57,029 nucleotides of DNA from a virus: the IMG/VR virus record IMGVR_UViG_3300018017_000001; one strand, written 5' to 3'. The translations under genes and the position numbers were made by a program. How positions within the stretch are numbered: position 1 is the stretch's first letter; each line of letters opens with the position of its first letter. The notes beneath the pieces were generated by a model. It searched no databases. It had not been told where the DNA came from and was given only the letters and a program-made list of their open reading frames with translations. This document shows positions 41,678 through 50,313 of the stretch, piece by piece.

Positions 41678-41914
41678 ATGGGCGGAAGCCTCGGCGGAAT
41701 TTTCAGCGGACAACCGGCAGGGCCGAACGATCAACCTTCGGCCTTGCAGAAACTCGTGCAAGGGACGGCCAAAAGTGCGGGCACGTCGTTCGGCAGAGGA
41801 ATGCAGCAACAGCCTCAGCAGATGGGCGGAGGGCCAATCCAGCCGCCCACGGCAACTCCCGTTGACCCGAGTTTCTTCGCTCCGATGGTGTTTCCGCCCG
41901 GAGGGGCACGCTAG
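41678..41914 (+). CDS. Small Gly/Pro/Gln-rich protein (MGG N-terminus)
   Basis: GAGGAG SD. MGGSLGGIFSG... 78 aa. Confidence 0.5.
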   Translation: MGGSLGGIFSGQPAGPNDQPSALQKLVQGTAKSAGTSFGRGMQQQPQQMGGGPIQPPTATPVDPSFFAPMVFPPGGAR

Positions 41915-42018
41915 GATGCCATTTGCCGCGCATAGGAAGCCCTAGGAACGCTGAAAAGGCTAGGGATGAGTAAAAACTACTAGAAAAGGCCCGAAGGCTA
42001 AGGAAATGAGGTGTTGAC

Positions 42019-43593
42019 ATGGGCGGACTGACTAGACCGGGACTTTACACTCCTCCGGGGATCGACCCTCAGACGGGGCAGCCGATCGCTCCGGAACTGC
42101 AATACTACAAGTCACCCGGAGCGCGGGCGCTCGACTTCGCCAAGCAGCAGTCGGCTCAGGTGCAGCCCACCACTTCATCTGTCGAAGGCTCGATCGACGG
42201 AACTCCAGCGACCGGGTCAATACTTCCGCCTGCTCCGAACGTTCCGCAGTTCATCCATCCATCTTTCCGCCAGGCTGCGACCGATCCGACTACCGGCATG
42301 ATGGGTCAGATAAACCCGGCAGAGACGAAACTCGGGAAACTCGTTCACATCCTAGCGGGAGCGGCCCAGGGAGCGCTGGCTGGTTGGGGAACGGGGAATC
42401 CAGGAGCGGGCGCAGAGATGGCTCGGCAAGTTCCGTTTCAGCAAGCGCAACAGCGCGGGCAGATTCAGTTGCAGCAGGCCGAGATGCAGCCGATTCAGAC
42501 GCCATACGGAACTCTTCCTGCCGCGTTAGCTCCTAAACTGCTGTCGCCCTATTTGCAGTACGCAGGGAAAACCGAGTCGGCTAAAACGGCTGCCGGGGCC
42601 GGCGTCGCAAAGGCTGAGATCGGAGCGGGCGCGAAAGTTCAAGCAGAACAGATCGGGAAACGATTCATCGTCGTGCCGGGCGTAGGTGTTTACGACACCG
42701 CTCTTACGAACGAGAAACAAGCTCCTGCGTTGCTTCCGGGAACTTCGCAGTCGATCACGATCACTCCAGAGTTGGCGAAGGAATACCAGTTGCCGGATGA
42801 GTTCGTCGGCAAGCCGATGAAACTGACGGAGCTTGCGGGCATTCAACGTTCCAGCGTGTTCCAAAACGTTCCGCAGATGACGGCGCAAGGTCCGATCGTA
42901 GTCAACCGGAGAACAAGTCAAGCAACGCCTGTTGTTGGTCCCGGTGGAACGACATATTCGCCACCTGCTTTGGCTTCTCCGTATCAAGTCGCAGACTTGG
43001 CAAATCCGGGTCAGACGAAGACTGTTAGTGGAGGCCAAGCTATCACTCAGGGTGCGCCTGGTCCTCAATCGGCCTCCGTCACGGTTCCGAGAAGGGCAGC
43101 CGAGGCAGAAGTTCCAACAAAGATCGGTGACTTGAAACTTGCTTTCACCACGATGGCGCAACATGCCGAACTGCTGCGCACTGCCGCTAGGGCGCTGCAT
43201 AATGGCGATGTGCAAACACTGGCCCGGTTGCAGAACGCTTTCAGGAATGAGTTTGGAACACCCGGCCCCATCACGGCTGCAGCGATCGCCGATGCTTACA
43301 AAGGGGAAGTTAGCAACGTCATCAACAAGGGGCATATCACCGACACTGGGAACGAAAAGATCGCTCATACTCTCGACCCAACAAAACAGAATTATGCGAC
43401 CATTGACAGCGTTCTCGGCGCCTATCAAGCACTCGCACAGTCGAAAATGAACATGCTCAGCAAGCAAGAGCAGGATGCGATCAGAAAATCGCAGCCGGGG
43501 CAGGCGAACGTTCAACAACAAGGAGATTTCTTCTCTCAGTTTGGCGGACAGGCAAGACAACCTGGAACACAAGTAGCAGCGCCTCCAAAATAA
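42019..43593 (+). CDS. Internal virion or ejection-type protein (MGG N-terminus)
   Basis: 524 aa, Q/A/P/G-rich. Lies between the tail-body and fibre genes. Function is inferred from position only. Confidence 0.4.
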   Translation: MGGLTRPGLYTPPGIDPQTGQPIAPELQYYKSPGARALDFAKQQSAQVQPTTSSVEGSIDGTPATGSILPPAPNVPQFIHPSFRQAATDPTTGMMGQINPAETKLGKLVHILAGAAQGALAGWGTGNPGAGAEMARQVPFQQAQQRGQIQLQQAEMQPIQTPYGTLPAALAPKLLSPYLQYAGKTESAKTAAGAGVAKAEIGAGAKVQAEQIGKRFIVVPGVGVYDTALTNEKQAPALLPGTSQSITITPELAKEYQLPDEFVGKPMKLTELAGIQRSSVFQNVPQMTAQGPIVVNRRTSQATPVVGPGGTTYSPPALASPYQVADLANPGQTKTVSGGQAITQGAPGPQSASVTVPRRAAEAEVPTKIGDLKLAFTTMAQHAELLRTAARALHNGDVQTLARLQNAFRNEFGTPGPITAAAIADAYKGEVSNVINKGHITDTGNEKIAHTLDPTKQNYATIDSVLGAYQALAQSKMNMLSKQEQDAIRKSQPGQANVQQQGDFFSQFGGQARQPGTQVAAPPK

Positions 43594-43594
43594 A

Positions 43595-45448
43595 ATGGCG
43601 GACCCACAACAGAATCAGCCAACAACTACGGTTCCGATCTTTGATCCCAGCGGTAACCTTGGTGATATTCCGCAGGAACAGCTTGCGGCAGCGGTAAAGG
43701 CTGGAGCGAAACCCGGAGTGCACATCACCGCGCCAGATGGATCTCCGGGAGTGATTCCGGCTGATCGAACTGCAGATGCAGTAAAGCAGGGAGCAAAACT
43801 TCTACCCATCGAGGAGCAGCCCATTCAGCATCCGGGAGTGTGGGGAGGAATCTACTCCACTTTGAAAGGGTTGGGGCTTTCTCTTCCTCAACTCATCGCG
43901 CCATCTATTCTTTCGTCAACTCCTGTCGGAACAAAAGGCGGCGGCGTAACAATTCCCGGCATGGAAAGTGCGCAGCAGAACCTCAAAGGTTTGGGAGCGC
44001 AGCAACAATATGCGCAGAATATGCCGCTGCCCGGCGGCGATGTCCCGGTGCTTCCTGGAGGAGTAAGCCCTCGACAGTTGTATCGCGGAGTAGCTCCCCT
44101 CGTGCCGGGATCGGCTCAGATGGAACAGTCGGCCCGCGAAGGCGATGTCGGTGGTGTGTACGGAACCGCTGGCACGGTGGCCGCCCTGACTGCCGCTCCA
44201 CTAGGAATCAAAGAAGCATATCCAGCCGTCTCGGAAGCTGTTTCTCCAGTCGTTAAACCGGCGATGAGTCTTGCTAGGCGCGCTTATGGCATCGCAGATC
44301 CGACAGTTATGACTGCGGTGGAATCCGTGACGAGGGCATTGAAGCCACGCAATGCACTTACTACTTGGAAAGATAACGCAGCTTCTGCCCTCCCAGATGT
44401 GAAGCGTGCGGCAAATGCTCTTGGTATTGATCCTATGGAGCAGGGTAAATTTGCAAATGCGCAAGCCGGGACCCTGCAGGCGAAGAAAGATGTTTGGCAA
44501 GAACTCAAGCAGAACTATCTGGACCCCAACGCGGATATTACCGTTGATACCGGCCCCGTCGCGCGCACAATTCGCAGCGTAATTGACGACAGGACCGTAG
44601 AACAGAATCCCGCATTGGCAGAGCGCATCAACCAAGTCGCTGACACCTATGAGAATCGTCAACTTTCCGTTGCTCAGCTAGAGGATCGATTGCAAGCGAT
44701 AAATAATCAGACGAGAGCTATTCAAGCTCGCTATCCGAACGACAGGATGGCGGCGATGCAAGATCCAGAAAATGCCTACGTCTTCGCCGAGAAGCAATCT
44801 CTGAACAATCTTCTGACCAGTACTCTCGATGAAGCAGCAGGGCCAGGCGCGACAGCATTAAAGCAGCGCTATGGAGCATTAAAACAGTTCAGCGACGTGC
44901 TCGACCGAAGGAAGAACGTTTGGGAGCGGCAGAATCCAGAGAGTCTAGCCGAGCAGGGTGGCAACATCTATGGCGTAGGGCAAATGGCCCGTGGGGCTGG
45001 TAGGATTTTGTTCTCGCATGACATCGGCGGACTTGCTGATATCGGTGCCGGCTACATGGCGCGCAAAGCTGCGCAAGCTGGCAAGATGATGAACAGTTCC
45101 GAGTTCCTGTTGCAGCAGGCATTTGACAAGACGTCCCCTCGTCCAGCGATGGTTCCGCGCGTCTCTCCGCAGTACATTCCTCCCGGTCAACCGCCAGCGT
45201 TGCCTTCTGGACCGAACCAAGCGCTTCCTCCGGGAGTGTACCAGCAGCCGAGCGGGTTCGAGACTCCACAAGCGAATCAACTTCCTCCGTTCGCCATCCG
45301 TGGCCTGTTGCCTCGCGGAGTCTACGAGCAACCCGGAACTTCCATCAACCAGCCGGCACTTCCGCCTTACCGCGGGATTCCGCTGCCGGAAACTTTCAAG
45401 CGCGGGCCTGTTAGCAGATACACGCGAGCGGAAGGAGAAGTGCGATGA
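43595..45448 (+). CDS. Internal virion or ejection-type protein
   Basis: 617 aa. The ATG lies 2 nt after the upstream stop. Pro-rich C-terminus. Confidence 0.4.
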   Translation: MADPQQNQPTTTVPIFDPSGNLGDIPQEQLAAAVKAGAKPGVHITAPDGSPGVIPADRTADAVKQGAKLLPIEEQPIQHPGVWGGIYSTLKGLGLSLPQLIAPSILSSTPVGTKGGGVTIPGMESAQQNLKGLGAQQQYAQNMPLPGGDVPVLPGGVSPRQLYRGVAPLVPGSAQMEQSAREGDVGGVYGTAGTVAALTAAPLGIKEAYPAVSEAVSPVVKPAMSLARRAYGIADPTVMTAVESVTRALKPRNALTTWKDNAASALPDVKRAANALGIDPMEQGKFANAQAGTLQAKKDVWQELKQNYLDPNADITVDTGPVARTIRSVIDDRTVEQNPALAERINQVADTYENRQLSVAQLEDRLQAINNQTRAIQARYPNDRMAAMQDPENAYVFAEKQSLNNLLTSTLDEAAGPGATALKQRYGALKQFSDVLDRRKNVWERQNPESLAEQGGNIYGVGQMARGAGRILFSHDIGGLADIGAGYMARKAAQAGKMMNSSEFLLQQAFDKTSPRPAMVPRVSPQYIPPGQPPALPSGPNQALPPGVYQQPSGFETPQANQLPPFAIRGLLPRGVYEQPGTSINQPALPPYRGIPLPETFKRGPVSRYTRAEGEVR

Positions 45449-45672
45449 AACTGTTGTTGAAGTATCTCTTGTTTTCTTTGATCTTCACTCCGATTCTCGC
45501 CGCTCCGTTCAGTGGTGGAGTATCGCTTTTCTTTTACGTCTATGTGTTCATGCCGTCGTGCTATCCGATGGCGTTGCTTGTTTTCCTTCCCGGTCTGTTG
45601 CTTTGGATCATTCATCAGTTCTTGAAATGGTCGGTACTGAAGCCAACGATTGCACGGTTGAGGGCACGATAA
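45445..45672 (+). CDS. Small multi-pass membrane protein
   Basis: 75 aa, almost entirely hydrophobic (3 TM-like stretches). ATGA overlap. Confidence 0.5.
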   Translation: MKLLLKYLLFSLIFTPILAAPFSGGVSLFFYVYVFMPSCYPMALLVFLPGLLLWIIHQFLKWSVLKPTIARLRAR

Positions 45673-45902
45673 TGGGTGGAACTCTTGGCGCGAAAACATT
45701 CCCCTGGCCATCGGCGATCGGTGGCTCTCCGCTGGCGCAGCCGTTGAACCAAGCGCAGCCAGTGACGATGAACACGCAGCAGACGCAGCCAGGAAGCGTC
45801 GCTCCCGGTCAATTCCAGTCGGTTCAGCCTGCCGCACCGCCGCTTTCTCCCTTGAGCGCTCCCATCGCTCGCATGAACCCTTTCATGTACGGAGCACAAT
45901 GA
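45672..45902 (+). CDS. Small Pro/Gln-rich protein (MGG N-terminus)
   Basis: TAATG overlap. MGGTLGAKTFPWP... 76 aa. Confidence 0.45.
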   Translation: MGGTLGAKTFPWPSAIGGSPLAQPLNQAQPVTMNTQQTQPGSVAPGQFQSVQPAAPPLSPLSAPIARMNPFMYGAQ

Positions 45903-48900
45903 TGATCAAAAAACTTCTGCTGCTCTTCTGCATATTTGCAGGCCACGCTTTCGCCCAGACCGTCCCCGTTTCTGCGAACCTGACGAACGGTTCGGGGGCG
46001 ATCGTTCCGGGAGCTTATTTGCACTTCGCGCTTTGGAACTGCGGTGTCAATGTCCCGTCAGTTTCCGGAACTGGCTCCATCGTGCAATCTGCCTTCGATA
46101 TGAAGCAGCCCTCGGGCGGAGGAACGATCACCGGAGTCATACTGGCGAACGATCAGATTCTCTGCGGAGGCATAGCCTCGACGCGCTGGCTCGTCACGCC
46201 GATGTCTCCGCAAGGCCAGCCGATCACGAATGCGCAGCGCTACAACATCTGCTCCGCTTCGGCTCTTCGCCAGTCATGCTCTCAACCTACTGGAGCCGGG
46301 GGAACGTTCGATCCCTCGACGGCCCAGTCAGATACTGCCATAGCTCCTTCTCCGGGATGGTCGATGATTTTCGGCAATCCTTCTGCCTCGCAAACCATTA
46401 CGCAGCCTGCCGGAACGTCGATGAACTTCTACGGGAGTTTCTTCCTGAACGGGAATCCTCTTAGCGGAGGCGGTGGTGGTGGTTCGATGACCTGGCCTTC
46501 GTCTACGGGAGTCGTAGTCTACAGCGGACCTTTTGCTTGGGGGAGTTCTCTCTCCTACGGCACAGGTGCGAATGCGCTTCTGCAACTCAACTCCAGCGGC
46601 GCCATCCCTGCGGTCAGCGGAGCTAACATCACAGGCTTGAACGTCGCGCAAGTCACCGGTGCGGCTCCTCTTTCCAGCCCGTCTTTCACCGGCAACGGAT
46701 CGATCACTGGGTCTTTCAGTACAGGGCTAGGGTTCATCGGTAATCTCTCCGGGAACGCGTCTACGGCCTCGAACCTAGCCGGCGCCGCTTATCTTCCAGG
46801 TGGAGTGGCGGGAGTGACGCAAGCTACTGCGGACAACTCCACTTTGCTGGCGACAGACCAGTGGGTCAAAAATCAGGCATATGCTACGCTGGCCAGCCCG
46901 ACGTTCACTGTGTCAGTCGTGCTACCCTCTGCCACGACCGGAGTGACGCAAACTGCCGGCGACACTTCAACGGAAATCGCGACGGATCAGTTCGTCTCCA
47001 ACTCTTTCGCGCCGCTGGCTTCTCCCACGCTCACCGGAGTTCCAACGGCTCCCACGGCTACGGGAGGGACGAACACGACTCAAATAGCGACGACGGCCTT
47101 CGTTCAGAATTCCGTGAGCGCTGGCGGGGACATGGTCTACCCTCCGACCGGAATCCCGTCATCTTCGGGATCGGCTTGGGGGTCGAGCTACGGAGTCGGA
47201 ACGTCAGCGAACAATCTCGTCCAGTTGAACTCATCCGCTCAACTTCCTGCCGTCTCGGGCGTGAACTTGACGGGCTTGACTGCCTCTCAGGTCGGATTGT
47301 CGAACGTCACGAATAACGCGCAGACGCAAGCTGCGGTCGTGCCGAACACGGCTCCTGCCGCTGGCCAGGACTTGGTTGGTAATGCCGGTGGTACTGCTTA
47401 CGCTCCCGTGACGATGAGCGGAGACTGCACGCGCGCGTCTACAGGGGCGATCACCTGCACGAAGAGTAACACCGTCCCGTTCGGAACCGGAGCCTTCGCG
47501 ACCATAGCGAACTATGCCCCGTTGACCAGTCCTACGTTCGTTACGAGCGTGACTTTACCCGGCACGCTCCCCGGTACGATTACTGTTACTAACGCAACAG
47601 GCTCTCAAGCTTCGGAGACTTCTCGGATCTATCTAGATCAAATGCCAGCAACTGATGTTACGTTGGATCAGATGTTCAACGACGCGAACGCCCGCGCCAT
47701 CACGGGACCATATGATACGATTGACGCCAGTGCGATCAACGCCAACAAGTGTCCGTCTAACTACTCCAGTCTACCTAACATCTGCAACATTGCCAGTCAG
47801 GCTTATCACGGGCAGCTCCCTCCTCCAACGATTCCAACTGGAGGATTAGGCTCCGGCTCGACTTACACATATACAGCGAACAATGGGCCGTATGCTGCAG
47901 GCACTACGGGAGGTGTTTATCTTGTCTCCTACACTGCAAGCGGCCCTTATATAATTGGAACAGGCGCGTCACAAGAAACCAGTGCTTCAAGTGAAGCTAT
48001 TGTACAGATTCCGGCTGGAACCGCCTGTGGGACTGGCTGTTCTATCAACATTACTGGTCCTCCGTATCCTGGTTATGCGAATTCCTACAATCCATACCTT
48101 CCTCCAGTAGCTAAGGAGATTGCTGTCACTAGCTTTACAGTATCTGGGCAGGTGATCACATTCACTGCTTCGGGTGGATTGAATGGACTTACTAGCAGCA
48201 ATTACGTGGCACTAGGGGGTTTTGCCGCCTCGCCGAATGGAGCGCTGAATACCCTCGGAATGGAGATGCTGGCCTTCAGCGTGTCAGGAAATACATTCAA
48301 GATCGTCGTCCCGTCCAGCGTCAATACAGGCACGCTGTCATCAGGCACTGGTTATGCGATCCAGAGCTGGCAGGAGAAGGAGTGTGTACCAGCTGAGCGC
48401 ACGACCATCGTCAGCGGCGTTCCCAGCCCAGTAAGCATCACTGCGGATTGCGGGGGTAGTGCGCTCCCTCTAGGTAACAATACTTCTAGCGTCCATGTCA
48501 TCCCGCCCAAGACGGGATTGTGGGTTGTAACAGACACCAACGGAGTTAGGGATTGCGGTATTAAGTCTTTTGATCAGTCATCTTGGTTTGGCCCCAGTTC
48601 GGGTCTTGGTCAGGGCTTCAAAATTACGACAATGGGTAGTACACTGGTTGAGGCTCCGTGGTGCATTGATCCTAATACGAAACAAGGAAACGCATACTTT
48701 AATATTGTAGGAATGTCCGCTTCAATTGGTTCCTCTACTACTATTGCGACGGCTGCTTGCATACCGCGCAATGCTTCCGATACAGGTAAGTTTACAAATG
48801 CTTCCTGCTTGGGCAGCGCAGGAGGTTCAAGCGCGACATATCCTCCAATTGCTGCTGTGTGGTATTACTCCACTACCGGAGCAGGCTCGGGCTTTGAGTT

Positions 48901-50275
48901 TAACGGATCGTTCGATGCATTGAATGGGCCGTCTGCGTTGTTTGGAGGATTGGGGCCAAATTCGACGGTCAATTTCGACATTAACAACATCACAGTTCCC
49001 GTTGCGGGGCCAGAGTTCTCCAGCGTTAATTTTATAAGCGGCTTGGGCAGCGTATCGGTCACTGGTGCTAACTACGGCGAGCCGGGTGATTTCACTGGTA
49101 CGGGTACGGTTGATACACAAAATGCTTCGTCCGGGGCTTGCGCTGGAAACTGCGTTCTCGCCCACGGGGGCACGGGAACTAACTTCAACATCTTTTGGGG
49201 AAGCACTACGTACACGTTGAATGCCTACGGCTTTTCCACGACTTATACTGTTGAGAAACCCACAATCCTTATCGGTCCTAGTTCTGGCGGTGCTCCCACT
49301 CCCTACACAGTGGCTTCAGTTCAGTCTGCAACCTTGCTCACATTGACGACGCCTCCCGGTACGCAGTCCGGTCAGAGTTGGTGGATGGGCTGCGTTGATC
49401 CCCTTCAGTTTGCGACAGGCATAGGGCCGTTGCCTTATGCTAATGCTGGTGGCTGGTTAGGCGGCGGCATAGATATCAGTAACCTTTCAATAGCTGGATG
49501 TAGCAAAGGGCCATCGGGATATACGGTTGCTCCTTCCGCCTATGGACGCTATATGTATAGCGTGCCCAACACTGGATCGGGTTTTGAAATCGGGTCGTTA
49601 CAGGTACATAACATTCCTACTGGCTGGACTAATGTCTGGAGTGATCCTAACACCAACGGTGGTGAGACGCTGGTCAACCCAAACCCAACCAAACCAATGC
49701 CGGGATTCACCCATGACCCCGTGAACCCTTTAACGATTTTCACTAGCGTGACCATCGGCGGCACACTCAGCGTCACGGGAAAGACTAACACCGCCGCGAG
49801 CACGACATCGAGCGCAGGGCTGAATTGTGCCCCTGGCTCCGCGCCGAGCAGCCCAGTCAACGGAGATATCTGGTGCACCAGCGCCGGAATCTACGTGCGG
49901 GTAAACGGTACAACGGTCGGCCCCCTAGTGGCGAATGCCAGTTCGGTTATCAATGCCAGCGAGTTGCAGGCCGTGGGAACGCCGGCAACCATCAGCGGAA
50001 CCGGGGCATGTGCTACGCAGAGCACTCAGACTGGCGGGGCCTGGGCTGGATCGTTCAAATGTACGGGAAGCACCGGGACTGGATCTGTGACCATCACGCC
50101 GGGATTCACGGCAAACAACAGCTTGGTGTGCGGGGCCACAGATGTAAGCGGGAGTTACACCACGTCGTTCGCCTTTGTTCAAACGAACACAAGTTCCACA
50201 AGTTGCCAGTTGTCTTCGGCAACCACCAGCATAACTTCTGGCGACACCATACTATTTTGGGCCACTGCGTTTTGA
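45899..50275 (+). CDS. Tail fibre protein with N-terminal signal-peptide-like segment
   Basis: 1458 aa. Repeated fibre motifs LSSPSFTGN, LASPTFT, LASPTLTGVPTAPTATGGTNTTQIATTAFVQNS, LTSPTFV. The N-terminus MMIKKLLLLFCIFAGHAFA looks like a Sec signal. Confidence 0.75.
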   Translation: MMIKKLLLLFCIFAGHAFAQTVPVSANLTNGSGAIVPGAYLHFALWNCGVNVPSVSGTGSIVQSAFDMKQPSGGGTITGVILANDQILCGGIASTRWLVTPMSPQGQPITNAQRYNICSASALRQSCSQPTGAGGTFDPSTAQSDTAIAPSPGWSMIFGNPSASQTITQPAGTSMNFYGSFFLNGNPLSGGGGGGSMTWPSSTGVVVYSGPFAWGSSLSYGTGANALLQLNSSGAIPAVSGANITGLNVAQVTGAAPLSSPSFTGNGSITGSFSTGLGFIGNLSGNASTASNLAGAAYLPGGVAGVTQATADNSTLLATDQWVKNQAYATLASPTFTVSVVLPSATTGVTQTAGDTSTEIATDQFVSNSFAPLASPTLTGVPTAPTATGGTNTTQIATTAFVQNSVSAGGDMVYPPTGIPSSSGSAWGSSYGVGTSANNLVQLNSSAQLPAVSGVNLTGLTASQVGLSNVTNNAQTQAAVVPNTAPAAGQDLVGNAGGTAYAPVTMSGDCTRASTGAITCTKSNTVPFGTGAFATIANYAPLTSPTFVTSVTLPGTLPGTITVTNATGSQASETSRIYLDQMPATDVTLDQMFNDANARAITGPYDTIDASAINANKCPSNYSSLPNICNIASQAYHGQLPPPTIPTGGLGSGSTYTYTANNGPYAAGTTGGVYLVSYTASGPYIIGTGASQETSASSEAIVQIPAGTACGTGCSINITGPPYPGYANSYNPYLPPVAKEIAVTSFTVSGQVITFTASGGLNGLTSSNYVALGGFAASPNGALNTLGMEMLAFSVSGNTFKIVVPSSVNTGTLSSGTGYAIQSWQEKECVPAERTTIVSGVPSPVSITADCGGSALPLGNNTSSVHVIPPKTGLWVVTDTNGVRDCGIKSFDQSSWFGPSSGLGQGFKITTMGSTLVEAPWCIDPNTKQGNAYFNIVGMSASIGSSTTIATAACIPRNASDTGKFTNASCLGSAGGSSATYPPIAAVWYYSTTGAGSGFEFNGSFDALNGPSALFGGLGPNSTVNFDINNITVPVAGPEFSSVNFISGLGSVSVTGANYGEPGDFTGTGTVDTQNASSGACAGNCVLAHGGTGTNFNIFWGSTTYTLNAYGFSTTYTVEKPTILIGPSSGGAPTPYTVASVQSATLLTLTTPPGTQSGQSWWMGCVDPLQFATGIGPLPYANAGGWLGGGIDISNLSIAGCSKGPSGYTVAPSAYGRYMYSVPNTGSGFEIGSLQVHNIPTGWTNVWSDPNTNGGETLVNPNPTKPMPGFTHDPVNPLTIFTSVTIGGTLSVTGKTNTAASTTSSAGLNCAPGSAPSSPVNGDIWCTSAGIYVRVNGTTVGPLVANASSVINASELQAVGTPATISGTGACATQSTQTGGAWAGSFKCTGSTGTGSVTITPGFTANNSLVCGATDVSGSYTTSFAFVQTNTSSTSCQLSSATTSITSGDTILFWATAF

Positions 50276-50313
50276 AAGCTCCGTGATTGGCTTCTAGGAA
50301 ACGGGAGAAAAGT

